Shown here piece by piece: positions 39,858 to 53,066 of a DNA stretch of 64,000 nt. Both the position numbers and the translations under genes were made by a program. The notes beneath the pieces are model-generated. The model was not told the origin of the DNA. It did no database searches and saw only the letters and a list, made by a program, of their open reading frames with translations. Each line of letters opens with the position of its first letter. The stretch's first letter is position 1. The stretch spans positions 3,100,001 through 3,164,000 of the forward strand of contig CM120646.1 of the NCBI GenBank assembly GCA_051362555.1. Reading direction: 5' to 3'. Source of the stretch: Lingula anatina. Taxonomy: Eukaryota > Animalia > Brachiopoda.

Positions 39858-40026
39858 CAGGGGCGGATTTAGGCCGTCTTCTGGGTCTTCCGGAAGACGG
39901 TCAGATTTTCACGTTTACATTGACGGGTATCTAATTTTTTCCTGGTGGAAGACGGTCAGAATTGGAGGATGAATCAACAAATAAAATTTGGAAGACTGTC
40001 AGTAAATGGCTCTGGATCCGCCCCTG
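39858..40026. mobile_element. 169-bp MITE with 5-bp TSD (CATGC)
   Basis: TIR CAGGGGCGGAT / ATCCGCCCCTG, with CATGC on both sides. The empty paralogous site gaCATGCcatacagg is at ~46261. Confidence 0.9.
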
Positions 40027-40728
40027 CATGCCATACAGGTACAAAATATATCTGTGTATAAACAGAGCCGAGGTTAGTGTAACCCATTTAAAGCTTAGTA
40101 AAAGATACCTTTGATAACAAAGAAAGAGCAATATAGTTGATCTCACCTTGAAGCTGTAGTGTCATCTACAAAGTCCACGCATTTCTCCGTTATATTTAGC
40201 AACACTTTTCACCCTATTGACACTGTACACTTAATTCATACATGATAACGCCACAAGAAAAGGGTGGCACTGGGTCTTCAGTGCCATAGCTCTTTATAAC
40301 TGTCCATTTAGATCTAGTAACGTTCAGTAAAACTAGCTTAGATGCATGGGTGCCCATGACTCACCTATTTAAAGGGATAATAACTCTTCGTATGAGATCT
40401 ATATTTCACAAAAAAAACATTGTGAATAATTCATAGAAATTTAATACTGTATATTCTGTTTTACCACAAAAACGGCAGCTATAGCTATTATTCTGCTCGT
40501 CTTTAGACCACGTGATCTCCACTGAAGGCTATACTCTGTTATAATCTCTTAAGAGATTTTAACAAAAAACGAAACTTTTTAGAAAAAATCCAGGGACTAA
40601 CTTTGAATGTAAAAATTGATTCATTAACCATTGGTAAGTAAGGGAAAATTATTGTTTACTCCAGGAAAATTCATTTTTTTAAAGTTTGAAAATTTTGACT
40701 CTTTGAAAATATTAATATTTTTCTATAG

Positions 40729-41275
40729 GTCTCGAAATCACTGTGCGCGATGGTTCTTTAAGTTCAACAATAACTTGTGCTCCGACCCTCAGACAATCAA
40801 AAGAGAGTGGCACGAAAACAGCAATCAGTATGCAGAAGTGGACAGAAGGATCCCGACATCAGGTAAATATTGTAGACAATGTTCCAAACGAAGTTGTGTG
40901 ACGCATGTATACATACAGCGGCACGTGAAATTTAAGGAAAACTTACGTTCCAACTGTATTCTGTTGATTATCATATCTATTTATCTATTATCTGTTTTTA
41001 GTTGTATGCTGTTTGGGAAAGTTTGTTTACATTTCTGTGCACTGCATATTCAAGTAAAATCCTAAATATGGAACTATTTATGCTGTATTATACCACATGC
41101 ATTCAAATCTTTCAGTAAGCGGAATGTGAAAGGGCCTGAGCGCGGGAAACGTGTTGGTCTCCTTCAACATCGGCACGTGTAACGCTGGTTCCGGGCGACA
41201 CAGCCCCTACAGGGGTATATCGGCTGGATGACCAGGATGACCATCATGGTGGAGGATGTTCACGCCGAAGCTTAG
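40729..41275 (+). pseudogene. Orphan copy (C) of the last two exons of the CTHRC1-like gene
   Basis: Exon 40729-40862 is open (SRNHCARWFFKFNNNLCSDPQT...). The exon from 41116 has TGC>TGA at 41127-41129 and an 8-nt insertion at ~41208-41215. Upstream exons are absent. Confidence 0.9.
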
Positions 41276-41658
41276 CTATCTTAGAATATGCTGAACACTT
41301 ACTGACCAACGGATTTTTTCTTTATTATTATACCCCTGACACACGTTTTGTGATATGAAATAAGCTATCATTTTTCCGAGCAAATTGGCTCCTTCCCAGT
41401 GTATGTATTGTGCACTGACGTTAACAGTATATGTGGCAAAGATATGGAATGGTAATGCATAAAACTACATGCATGTAGGTTATATGTTCGTGTGTGGTGA
41501 TACGAGATCTTATGTGTAGACGCACAAAACCCGGTGGTTGGGAATGTCAAAGTGAAAATCAAATTAAATGTCTATTTGGATAAGACATGTAATTCATAGA
41601 TGCAGTTTCTGTTTTCAAGTCCAACATTTTAGTCACATTCATTGCTATCGTTCATCAA

Positions 41659-42660
41659 TCAAGACTTCAAATATCTCCACTTCTTGTTGCATATGAGTAA
41701 AAACGTAGCCAAAATAAACATGCCAAAACATGACGCAATGGACAGGAACACTGCCTGGTAGCTGCCTGTGACGTCACGGATATGTCCTGAAGAAAAAAAA
41801 AACGCAGGAGTATAAGAACTTAAAATGCCATAGAATACAACGCCGGGATATCATCACATTTGATTCCGTCATATATACAGAGCTTATAATCGTTACGATT
41901 CTACTGGGGCAGTGGTCATATATATTTATTTCGTGTTACTGTAAGAAGAATAGATTTAAAAAAACATAAAGTATTGGTTGTCATATGATGGTGGAAACAA
42001 ATATCTGTTTTCAATATATTTAATGCAATACTAAGAACAGTCATGTTTTTACTTCTTGTCCTTCAAAATTACACCAAATGTAATGGTCAATATATTAGGT
42101 GTTTTCTTGATATATTTTATGGAGTCTAGCACAACAACAATTATTTCCCATGCAGTAAAAATTATTACTAAGGTAAATCATTTATTATCACACTGGTAAA
42201 ATGAATAAATTAAGTGGAATTATTTAATTATTTTCACTGCGATGGAAAATAACAAAATGGAAATGGATAGAAAATGCACCGTGCAGGAAAAGTAAGAACT
42301 AAAACTACCTGCCAAGTAGGGTCCCACGGTAGCTCCGACTCCTTTGCTCAAACGCATTGTCAAGAATAACGTATAGATATTCTCTCCGTCCATGATTTCA
42401 TTGTTGACAGCATAATACCCGGCAAGGTATGGACCAAGAAAAAACCCCGAGACTACAAAATTAGTTAATGCTTTAATAAGAATAACTGCCACCTGTATAA
42501 TTTGGTTTTTAACTGAATCTCAAATTATCTTAACAAGGGTAGTCATGCAATGTGCATTTCCGACTGGTTTCTGACTTACATATTAAAATATATACTTATG
42601 TCAATAATGTTTTCTTTGTTTGTGTCTTTAAAAATCGCATCTTTGAAAATACATATTTCG

Positions 42661-42725
<65 letters not shown>

Positions 42726-45474
42726 TATTATGGAGGACGAACATCAAATGTAAAACGTACCCACCAGCACAATATACATAAACAGCAGTCAAAGATGTCG
42801 AATATGCTGCAATAATATTATTCACAGTAAGCATCGTAGCCGCCACAAGGTTCGCCACCATAATATATCCCTTCACATAATCCCCTACCAATGAGGCAAA
42901 CGCCTGTCCAATCGCACCTACGGTCCCAAATACTGATATAACTTTCACTGCGTCGACTTCCTTATAACCAAGGTCTATCAAGTGTTTTGGCTGAAGAAAA
43001 TAAGTCAGTACAAAAAAGTGATATGTATAACAAAAATGCAACTGAAATAAAGTTAAAAAACCGTATGGTTTCATCTAATTTTGACTTCACAAAATACAGT
43101 ATTATTGAGAAATATTAAAATTTTACTTCATACACTTTATTCGACTATAATAACTTTTATATTAACAGTCTGTTATTGTAAGTGTTTGAACTTTTGCGTC
43201 TTCGTTTAACATCCAGCTTTCTTTACTTGTTAAACAATTGAAAAGCTGTGCAAAATACTAACATATAACATATTAATCTGCTGTTATCTGCTTGGTGGGA
43301 AGCATGAATTACTCTTTATTTTCTGCTCTCGTCTGATCACTACTTAACTTTTTATTAGTCACCAATCTTCCAAACTTCAGTGCTCTTTATTTCACGTACG
43401 TTACAGTTCATGTGACAAAACAAGTTAAAACATGGCACATCAGTTTCGAAAACGGTTGGATAAATAATTGAGTTTAAAATTAGAGCGTTTTTGATTCAAA
43501 CCTTCCATATTTTGAGACACTTCCCTGGTAAGAATAAATTGGTGCATTGTTGTTGCATTGGTGCATTGTTGTTGCTATTTGATTTTAAATCATTTCACGT
43601 CTTTGTGTGCTACAGTAATGATATAACATGACCGGTACATATACACATTATTATATGCGACCAAAACTACTTAAAGATGCTTAATATACTATAGTAATTT
43701 TGTATACTTACTAATATAACCATTGGTAAGAAATAAGCAAATCCTTTACAGCATATTGCTATTGCCCAGATTCCATGAACAACGACTTTAGAACGCACAG
43801 ACCATGGCGGTTTCTGAATATTCGGTGACCTGAAAGACCTGAAAGAAAATGCAACAACATATTTCATTTTCGTATCCTTACATACCACACATGATCTCTT
43901 CATGGTTAAAATGTTTATATTCTCAAAATATGGAAACTGCATTGGAAAGTTTTCGCTTTTAACTAAGGCCTCCTTTACACCTACCTGTGACCTTTGTGCC
44001 CCCTTTCTGCGACTTTAAATGTGCAACCAGGTCGAACACATTCAAAACAGTGGACTAACTAGTCCTAGAGCCGAATATGGCCCAAAAGCTAACAGACACT
44101 AACTTTTGGGAAGTATTCAAGTGGGTCGGCGGATTTGACCCGCAGACTACTTCGTACACTATTCTGAATGCAGCATATGACTTGATTACTAACATCAAGA
44201 TAAACCTACTTTTCATTTGGCATAGCTTCTTGCTGTTCGGACGACACTATTGGGGGATTGCCGAATACCGCAAGAAGAAGTGAACCCATGGAGCCAAAAA
44301 CCGCAGCACAAAGTCGAAATGCCCAGCGCCATCCTAGTGAGGGGTCGGCGCACATGTTAGCAACGACAACATTTACTACTGTTATACCTTAAATTACAAT
44401 TAAGAACAAGTGCAACATAAAATCATCAAAGGTAAATCTGAAAATAAAATGATTTAAATGACGAATTAAAGGACTATTTGAATACACGTTTAGGATTTAA
44501 ATGTACAGAGAGGGAGTTGCCTAAGCCGCAACATTTTATTTTGTGGCTATGTCACCATACTTACCAAGGGGATCCATTGCAGACAACACACTCGTTGAGA
44601 AAACATGAAACCGGTGAGACCACGGAAACCAAAGTGCTATCACTATATACGTGCAAACTATTAAAACCCCAGTGCCACTTCCCGAAAGAATACCAAAAGA
44701 TGCAGCCACAAACTGTGGACTGTCGGCAAAAGACGTCAGAAACAGTCCCAGCACCATAAGGGATACTCCAAGAGCTGTAAATTGCCGAAGACTCAACTGT
44801 CCATATTTAAACAGTGCCATGTAGATAAGGTTACTGAGAGAGACTTTGAACGCTAGGAACACTGAGAGCGGGGTCCCTGTAAAATAATAAAAATAATAAT
44901 GTGTATCTGTGTTTAACACCCATTCAGCCAACAACAGTATTTCGTTACTTTACGTTAGTCTGGGCAGCTATGCTGGGGCCCTCCTCCATATCCTGTACAG
45001 TACCTGTCTTATCTAAGATAATCGACGGATTTTTATGGTTTTCCTCTTATAACGTTAACCCTTTTAATGAAACCATTGAGGTTTAAAAATATAATGTTAG
45101 AAGTGAGTATATTCGATAACAAAGGACAGAGCGATGGTTGATGGGGTTTGTATCTGCCATTTACGAAGATTGCGCTTTTCTTCTGTGTAGTTAGCCACGT
45201 CATCTTTGTAATGGATTGTGCACAAAATATATATGATGACGTAACCGTCATATAGTTTGGAAATTACTCAGTAATTTGCTACTATAACCAGCCACTTAGA
45301 TCTAGTAGCAATCATTATAACTAGCAGATCATTGTGCCAGATACATGTATGTAAAATCTGTATATATCAGCAGGGTACTTGGCTTTACAAAGATAACTTC
45401 CGAACCCCTCTTGCCAGTTTCAGCTGAGGAAAAACGAAGTGGCCAGATAGATTAAGACTATCTCGCCGTATCTA

Positions 45475-45512
<38 letters not shown>

Positions 45513-45744
45513 GTTTAAATTACGAAGGCCTTTAACAAAGATACTACAGGTGTATATTGTAATTTGATGAAAGCAAAGATAAAGCCTTACCTAGCAATGC
45601 GAGAGTCGACTGTGGAAAATCTTCATCCTGTTGAAAACACAATATGGTTGTCCCCCACGACACCTCAATTCCCTTTTGAGTCATAAATAGAAGGGTTGCA
45701 ATCCCCAGTACAACCCAACCTCTGTAGATACATGGAGATATCAT
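41659..45744 (-). CDS. MCT-like 2: SLC16-like MFS transporter, recent duplicate of MCT-like 1 (419 aa)
   Basis: Exons 45744-45591, 44876-44565, 44387-44210, 43829-43712, 42990-42765, 42452-42309, 41786-41659. Exon sizes identical to copy 1; frame open. Confidence 0.85.
42668..42723. repeat. (TA)n microsatellite
   Basis: Visible; absent at the paralogous position in MCT-like 1. Confidence 0.95.
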
Positions 45745-46695
45745 CGCCGTGCGTCTTGATAATTAAAACCAAAGGACGGGTGCTAAGGTGTCTGTTATGA
45801 TGTTATAATTCCGAAATTATTGCACGAATGCAGCCAGTTACGTATAAGTGAATGAAAAATAAAATCATAAGTCCCTGATTTGAGCATCAACCCACCTAGA
45901 CAGCCTGTACCTTGACATAACTATCATTGCATCTTCACCTGTGCAAGCGCGTCTGATCGCTTCAATATCAACATTTTCTTTATGCTACAAAATACTTAGT
46001 GAACTTATAATATGAAAACTATCGCCTAACCTGAATAAATGCTTCTGGCAAGAGGAGGGCTCAAAACCAGTTTTAGTGTGAAGTACATGTAGAACCCCTC
46101 AAAACCAGTTTTAGGGTTAGGTAGAACTACAGTGTATCACGACAAAATGTTATCTGACACTGCTTTGATGGATCCACTCATGTGTTCCTCTGTTTTTTTG
46201 TAAGTGGGTCATACGTAGAATAACTTGACAAATAAAACGCATCGAGTGTGACTGAGATGTGACATGCCATACAGGTACAAAAATTTGTGTGTATAAACAG
46301 ACGCCGAGGTTAGTGTAACCCATTTAAAGCTGGGTAACAAGTACATTTGATAACAAAGAAAGAGCAAAATAGCTGAACTCAGCTTAAAGGTGTAGGGTCA
46401 TCTACAAAGTTCACGCATTTCTTCCTTATATTCAGCAACACTAGAAAATGATACCAGAAAATGATAAGGGTGGCACAAGGTCTTCACAGACATATAGCTC
46501 TTTATTACTGGTCACTTAAATCTAGTAACGTTCAATAAAACTAGCTTAGATGCATAGGCGCCCATGACTTACTTAAGGTAATTTTATAATATAATAACAT
46601 AAGGCCGCATTCACATCTACTTGAGCCATGGTTCTACAAAGCCACGACCTAAATATGGCGGACGTACATGAAAGGAAAACCGCCTAATCTTTTAA

Positions 46696-46817
46696 TAGTC
46701 TCCCCGCCTCTCACACGCCCCCCCACCCCCATGCGTCGTCCCTGTGGGGGTACAGTCATTAAATCTCGGCTCCATTGGGAAGACACATGGGGAGGCGTGT
46801 GAGAGGCGGGGAGACTA
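46696..46817. mobile_element. Small MITE with TAG...CTA termini
   Basis: 24-bp perfect TIR TAGTCTCCCCGCCTCTCACACGCC / GGCGTGTGAGAGGCGGGGAGACTA. Flanks differ, so no TSD. Confidence 0.75.
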
Positions 46818-46820
46818 TTA

Positions 46821-48075
46821 TTTCTTTATTTGAACAGTGCCTTCTTAATCCTCCTGCATTCCAAGTAATAACCTTAATATTTTCACTATTTACATTTTCA
46901 TGTATGTTTGTACTCTTTGCCCGGCCACTCCCATAGTCCATATTCACTTGTGTCTCCCGTCGCCTGGAATGGTCACCACCAACCAACACTGAGACATTTT
47001 TTTCTTTGTCGAATGTGTATGTTTGGCCGTCGACAACTAGTACGTCGTACTTGAAATATGGACTTTTATCCTTCTCTATACACTCTTTGAAAAAAGGTTG
47101 CAGATCGCGTCGCAATTTTGAGACTCCTTCCGGTAAATCTTGACTGATGCGGAAAGGGGAGATTTTGATCATTACGTTTTGATTGAAATGCAGACAAAAT
47201 CCCATCCTTTATTCTCAGGCTACTGCAACTTATCAAGACGGGTCTCGGCTTCGTTCTACAAGGGAGACGAAATACACTTTCGAAGCGCAAGTCTTCGTCT
47301 GTAAGCTTTAGATGCTCCTTAAATTTATCTATGACCTTGGAGCACGTTGTTGTGGAATTATCAGCTTCATCCTCTGCAATGTTAAATACTTTTAAATTCT
47401 TTAATTTACTATGCTTTTCAATGCGCTCCTGTTTTTTTTATTGTGTCTGCTAATTTTCCTTCAACTTTTTACAATTTTGCGTTCAATGCTGTCATACTTT
47501 CAGTTAGTATCGCATTTTCTTCTTTGAGCTTTTTATTTTCGTCTTTTAATTCAAGCACAGACTTTTCAAGATGGTCGATTTTTTTGTTCATGGATTTGAC
47601 ATCTCTACGTATTTCGAGTAAAAGCCCTTTTGTGTCCGTGTCAGAGTTTTCCTCATCCGAACCCTTAGAACCATCCGTATTTCCACTAACTGAGATCAAT
47701 GAATGACTCTCACGTCCACTGCCCCGTTTGGATGCTCCACCTCGTGATTTTCTACCTGTCATATCAAATGCAACTCAGGGTGTGTTGTCAAGGTCACTTA
47801 GCTGGGCCACTGAATGTATCTACTATTATGTAATCCACACACAACCACTATTGACGTAATGCAAGGTGTGAGTAGTAGTCACTCTTACAAAAAATGTTTG
47901 ATTCACTCACATTTCTAATCATTTTGCCATAGTTCAACTTTTCAGTATACCATTTCCATCGACATTGGGATCTCGGAAAGTTCTCATTTCTTCTGATACC
48001 ACTTTTGTCCACTTTTAGTTACATCTCATGCTGTAAATTTACAATATAACGCAGCACCCGAATGTTCATGTCTGC
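46821..48075 (-). mobile_element. 5' part of a LINE: 5' UTR, disrupted ORF1 (coiled coil + L1-type RRM/CTD) and start of the ORF2 AP endonuclease
   Basis: ORF pieces 47762-47469 (heptad repeats), 47290-47066 (RLP...KPRPVLI) and 47205-46759 (ISQDLP...LRRDL...YDVLVVDGQTY, then IKVITWNAGGL, an endonuclease motif I). Stop and frameshift present. 5' boundary approximate. Confidence 0.8.
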
Positions 48076-48661
48076 CCAACCCAGTAGTCAGATAATTTCC
48101 CTTCAAAGAGTATTTAAGACATATCAGAGACAGGGTTTGTTTGGATCTCTGTAGATGACATATAAAAGAGACAAACGATGTTTTCCATCAAAATCCCTAT
48201 ACATGTACACATGTATGCCGTCAAGGTAACTTGAAAATGTTTGGCCTGGGTTTCAAAATGTCTCATTCGAAGTTGTATGCCGCCTGTATTATTAAAAGCA
48301 AATACAAATCCTGGACGACACATCAGTAAAGCACGGGTGCTGCAAGTTACGCTGTAATAGCAAGGTGCCTTCATATACCCGAGATCTCAGCATTAGAGAA
48401 CTTGCTTAGATCTTGATTGGAAAAGTGCGAGAAATAACTTCCAGTGCAAAACCTTAAACTGCTCCACACTAAAATCTGCCTTTGCTCTAGTTTGACTGTG
48501 AGCTACAACGTTGTTTGGAATATCTCAGTAGATTAATACGAGATCTTGTGTGTAGACACATTGTACGGATGAAATATCAACGTCATTAAGGTCAATCCAC
48601 ATTGTCATTTGAAAACATTGTGATGGTGCATGGTGGACGAAGGTTATTTTTTTCCAAATTT

Positions 48662-51600
48662 TCAGTTGAACGAATTTCTGTTCTTTATCACTTCAAAACT
48701 TCTCAAATCCCTGCACTTATTGATGAATATGAGCAAAGATGTTGCAAAAACGAACGCGCCAAAACAAAAGGCAATGCTCAGGAACACTGCGAAGTAACTG
48801 TCTGTGACGTCACGGATATATCCTGAAGAATCCAAAGTGTGGGTATAAGAGGTCAATATTTCAATGCTAGTAATGAAAGGTTACGACGGGTTTTTGCTTT
48901 ATGGATGAATTAAATTTGATGTATTTGATACCACAAACAAAACAGAGATATTTACATTCTGTTATAATTAGTATCATACTCTTACATTGTAGTATGACAT
49001 AATTGTATGGCTTGGATAAAGAGAGGATGAAACAAACCAAAACGTCTCCACAGTCGAACAATTATAGTCATATATATTCAAACTGTCAAACAAACCTTTT
49101 AATTACCATAATTGCGATGGACATAGATCCTGAGAGGAAGAAGTATCCTAGAGGATTAATGTTTTTTTTATAACATGACAGGAATAGCCTGTCGAACTAA
49201 AACTTACCTGCCAAGTATGGCCCCACAGTTCCTCCAACACCCTTACCTAAACGCATTGTCATGAATAACGTATAGACATTCTCTCCGTCCATGATTTCAT
49301 TGTTCACAGCATAATACCCGGCATTGTATGGACCAATAAAAAAACCCGACACTAAAAAACGTGGTTAAAGATTTTTAATTGATTCTGATATAACCCCAAC
49401 AACGGTATATGAAACATTACGACTGGATTTTGACTACATATTCTAAATGCATATGCGTGTCAACAATGTTTTGCTCTAATATTATCTTATAAAGAGAATT
49501 TTTTAAAAAGTTACATCATCTTTAAAAATCCATATATCGATGCATATTTAATATATAATATTAATATATATAATATATATAATATATATATATGCATATT
49601 ATATATATAAGCTAATTTCGGAGGTCAAAAATCAAATGTAAAAACGTACCTACCAGCACTATATACATATACAGCAGTCAAAGATGTCGAATATGCTGCA
49701 ATAATATTATTCACAGTGAGCACCGTAGCCGCCACAAGGTTCGCCACCATAATATTTCCCTTCACATGGTCTCCAACCAATGAGGCGAATGCCTGTCCAA
49801 TTGCACCTACGGTCCCAAATACTGTTATAACGTTCACTGTGTCGACTTCCTTATAACCAAGGTCTAACAAATGTTTTGGCTGAAGAAAATAATCCAGTTC
49901 AAACAAAATAACTGATATGCATAAAAAATGCGACTAAAATAAAATTAAAACACAAACTGCAATGCTAATTATTTCCCGCGTCACGTACGTTACATGTACA
50001 TTTCATGTGAGAAAACCCGAGTTAAAACATGACACATTATGCAGCTTTGAAAGCCTATTGAAAAAATTAAGATTATTATTAGAGTTTCGATTCATAACTT
50101 TCATTTTTTGAGACACCTATTTAGCAATAAGAGTTGGCAAATTGCTGTAATGATGGTATTTGACTTTAAATCATGACACGTCTTTGCATGCCATGGTATT
50201 GATATTAAATTGTCGGTGCATATACTTATAAGCATATGTTGTCACATTGCAAAGCTACTCGAAGATGCCAAACATACAATAGTAATTTTGTATACTTACT
50301 AATATAACCACTGGTAAGAAATAAGAAAATCCTTTACAGCACATTGCCATTGCCCAGATTCCATGAATAACGACTTTAGAACGCATAGACCATGGCGGTT
50401 TCTGAATAATCGGTGAGCTGAAAGACGGTTATTTTGTATTTTAAAATGCAATGTCAGATTTTATTATGGTATTCTTATATAACACTATCAATCAAATTTT
50501 TATATTTTCAAAATATGGAAACTGCTGTCACCTTTGAGTCCCCAGGACGTTCATTGGTGGAGAAGAAAACTGCACGTTTTGTGAAACTTTTAAAATGATG
50601 TTTATGAGACCTTGTAGAGACATTGAAGTAATTATGTTGCATTTTTGATGGATAAAATTTTATTTCTTGGACTATAACGACAAAAAAGCTATGAGTCTGA
50701 TTGCAAACATCAAAATAAACCTACTTTTCATTTGGCATATTTTCTGGCTGTTTGGACGACGCTGTTGGGGGATTGCCGAATACCGCAAGAAGAAGGAAAC
50801 CAATAGAACCTTGAACGGCAGCAAAAAGTCTAAATGTCCATCGCCATCCTGGGGAGTGTTCGGCGCACATTTTAGCATCGACAGCATTGAAAACTGTTAG
50901 ACCTAAAGTTACAGTTAAGGACATGTGCAACAAAAAATCATCAAAATTTTAGAAAATGATAAATGAAAGATCATTTGAATTAAAATTTAGGATTCAATGA
51001 GAACAGCTAAGGGGTAAAAGCTTTTTGAAATATCCGTGTTGCCTTTAAATGCTACGCGTGAAACTCTCTTTTTTGCTAGGTACAAATGTAAAGAGAAAAT
51101 GTATAAGCCCCAGCATTTTATCTTGTGGCTATGTCACCATTCTTACCAAGGAGATCCATTGTAGCCAACACACTGGTTGAGAAAACATGAAACCGATGAG
51201 TCCATGGAAACCAGAGTGCTATCACTATATACGTGCATATTATGAAAACCCCAGTGCCACTTCCCGAAAGAATACCAAAAGATATAACCACAAACTGTGG
51301 ACTATTGGCAAAAGACGTCAGAAGCAGCCCCAGCACCATAAGGGATACTCCAAGAGCTGTAAATTGCCAAAGACTCAACTGTCCATATTTAAACAGTGCC
51401 ATGTAGATAAGGTTACTGAGAGAGACTTTGAACGCTAGGAACACTGATAGCGGGGCTCCTGTAAAATTAAAAGAAAATGAATGTGTATCTTTGTTTAACA
51501 CCCAGTCAGCGCATAGCAGGAGGATATGTAATATGCACACTAAACAGTAGCTTAGAATGTATCTCATTAAATTATTTCATTACTTTGCGTTAATTCTGAT

Positions 51601-51991
51601 TGCTCTTCTTGAATGGATAATAGAGAACGGTAAGTTATAGCGGAAGATGGTTATTTTATACAGCTTCCTAATCCTAAATGTTCTTACATACCATGCTTTC
51701 TCTGACTCCCATGCATTTTCGCCAATACACACCATGAACAATTCTTCCATTTAAAAACAGGTTGAAATGTCACCGTTTCACGGAGCATAAATGGTATTTA
51801 ACATGTGTCAATAGTAAAGAAGAAACCTTACCCAGGAGAGCAAGAGTCGACTCTGGAAACTCTTCGTCCTGTTGAAGACACAACATTGTTGTCCCCCACG
51901 ACTGCTCAACTCCCATTAGAGTCATAAATAGAAGAAGAGCAATTCCCAGCACTATCCAACCTCTGTAGATATATGCACTTGGACAAACCAT
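48662..51991 (-). CDS. MCT-like 3: SLC16-like MFS transporter (432 aa)
   Basis: Exons 51991-51832, 51458-51147, 50902-50725, 50417-50300, 49879-49654, 49351-49208, 48822-48662. Same phases as paralogs; frame open. Confidence 0.85.
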
Positions 51992-53066
51992 CGCCAAGCG
52001 TCTTAACAATAACGATAACCCTGTGCGTGTGCTCTCAGTTTTTGATCAAATTCAATAGAGGTGATACGTCCTTGACATGGACATGAGTCCATCAAGACAC
52101 TGGCATCGAATTATTCATTCACTTGTATCTACGACTGATCTCTTGAGTATCGAAGGGTTTCTGTCAGCAATAAATACTCATTGCTTTTTTTTTTTAAATC
52201 CTTATCTATACCCAGTATCTGAACCACTTGCACCGTCATCTTTCAACAAACGTTTTTATCTAAATAAATGTGTTTAAAATACCCCTCAAAACCAGTTACG
52301 GTATGAGGTCAAAAGATCGCGGCCATAAAGGTTCGTGGTCACTCTTTTCATATGATGGCGATAAATGTGTACCTCAATATCAATAAGTAGGCCATTAAGA
52401 AGAATTATTTGATACATAAAAAGTTCATTTAGACCGAAACCTGTGTCATGCAGAGGTAGAAAATAGGAATGCTAACAGGCGGCATGGTTAATGTTCATGT
52501 ACGTCATTTTAAAAGTTGGGCAGCCAGTAAATTTGATAGGATCGGGAAGACTGAGTCAGCGAGAGCTCAGCTTGATTCTGTACTTGACATCTAAAATGGT
52601 CGCACGCTCTTCCGTTATATAAAATAACTCACGTTCTCCCGACGCAATTGCATTATCTTTGTTTAATATGCATATACAGTCATATATTCTTTTTGAAATA
52701 TGAAAACTGGATGTATTGGAATATTTTCGTTTCCAACTGAATAACTGAAGATCAACCTGGAAAGGGAATAATAAACATGCACTTCATGCATATTAAAATT
52801 CATTACTTACTTGAGTAGGGATTTCCATAGAAAATCAAGGTCTAATCCAGTTACTGTCAATTTGCGTATTCTAAACGCAAAGTGCCATATATCACCTAAA
52901 GCTATAACAGGTAATTGTTTTCAATGAACGTTGATGGTGGGCATTCATTTAATACTCTGTAATGAGGCAATGTTCTGCATTTTTTCGTGTAAAATGTATT
53001 CATTTTTTTTTACTTTTGAGAGAAACAAAGCAATACCTCTGTTAACACATATCAAAATAAACATAC

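Larger units (their letters stand above)
34245..46575. repeat. Tandem segmental duplication, ~6 kb unit (34245-40365 vs 40680-46575)
   Basis: Continuous similarity across the last two exons of gene B, the intergenic spacer, all exons and introns of MCT-like 1 and 2, and their upstream regions. Boundaries approximate. Confidence 0.85.
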
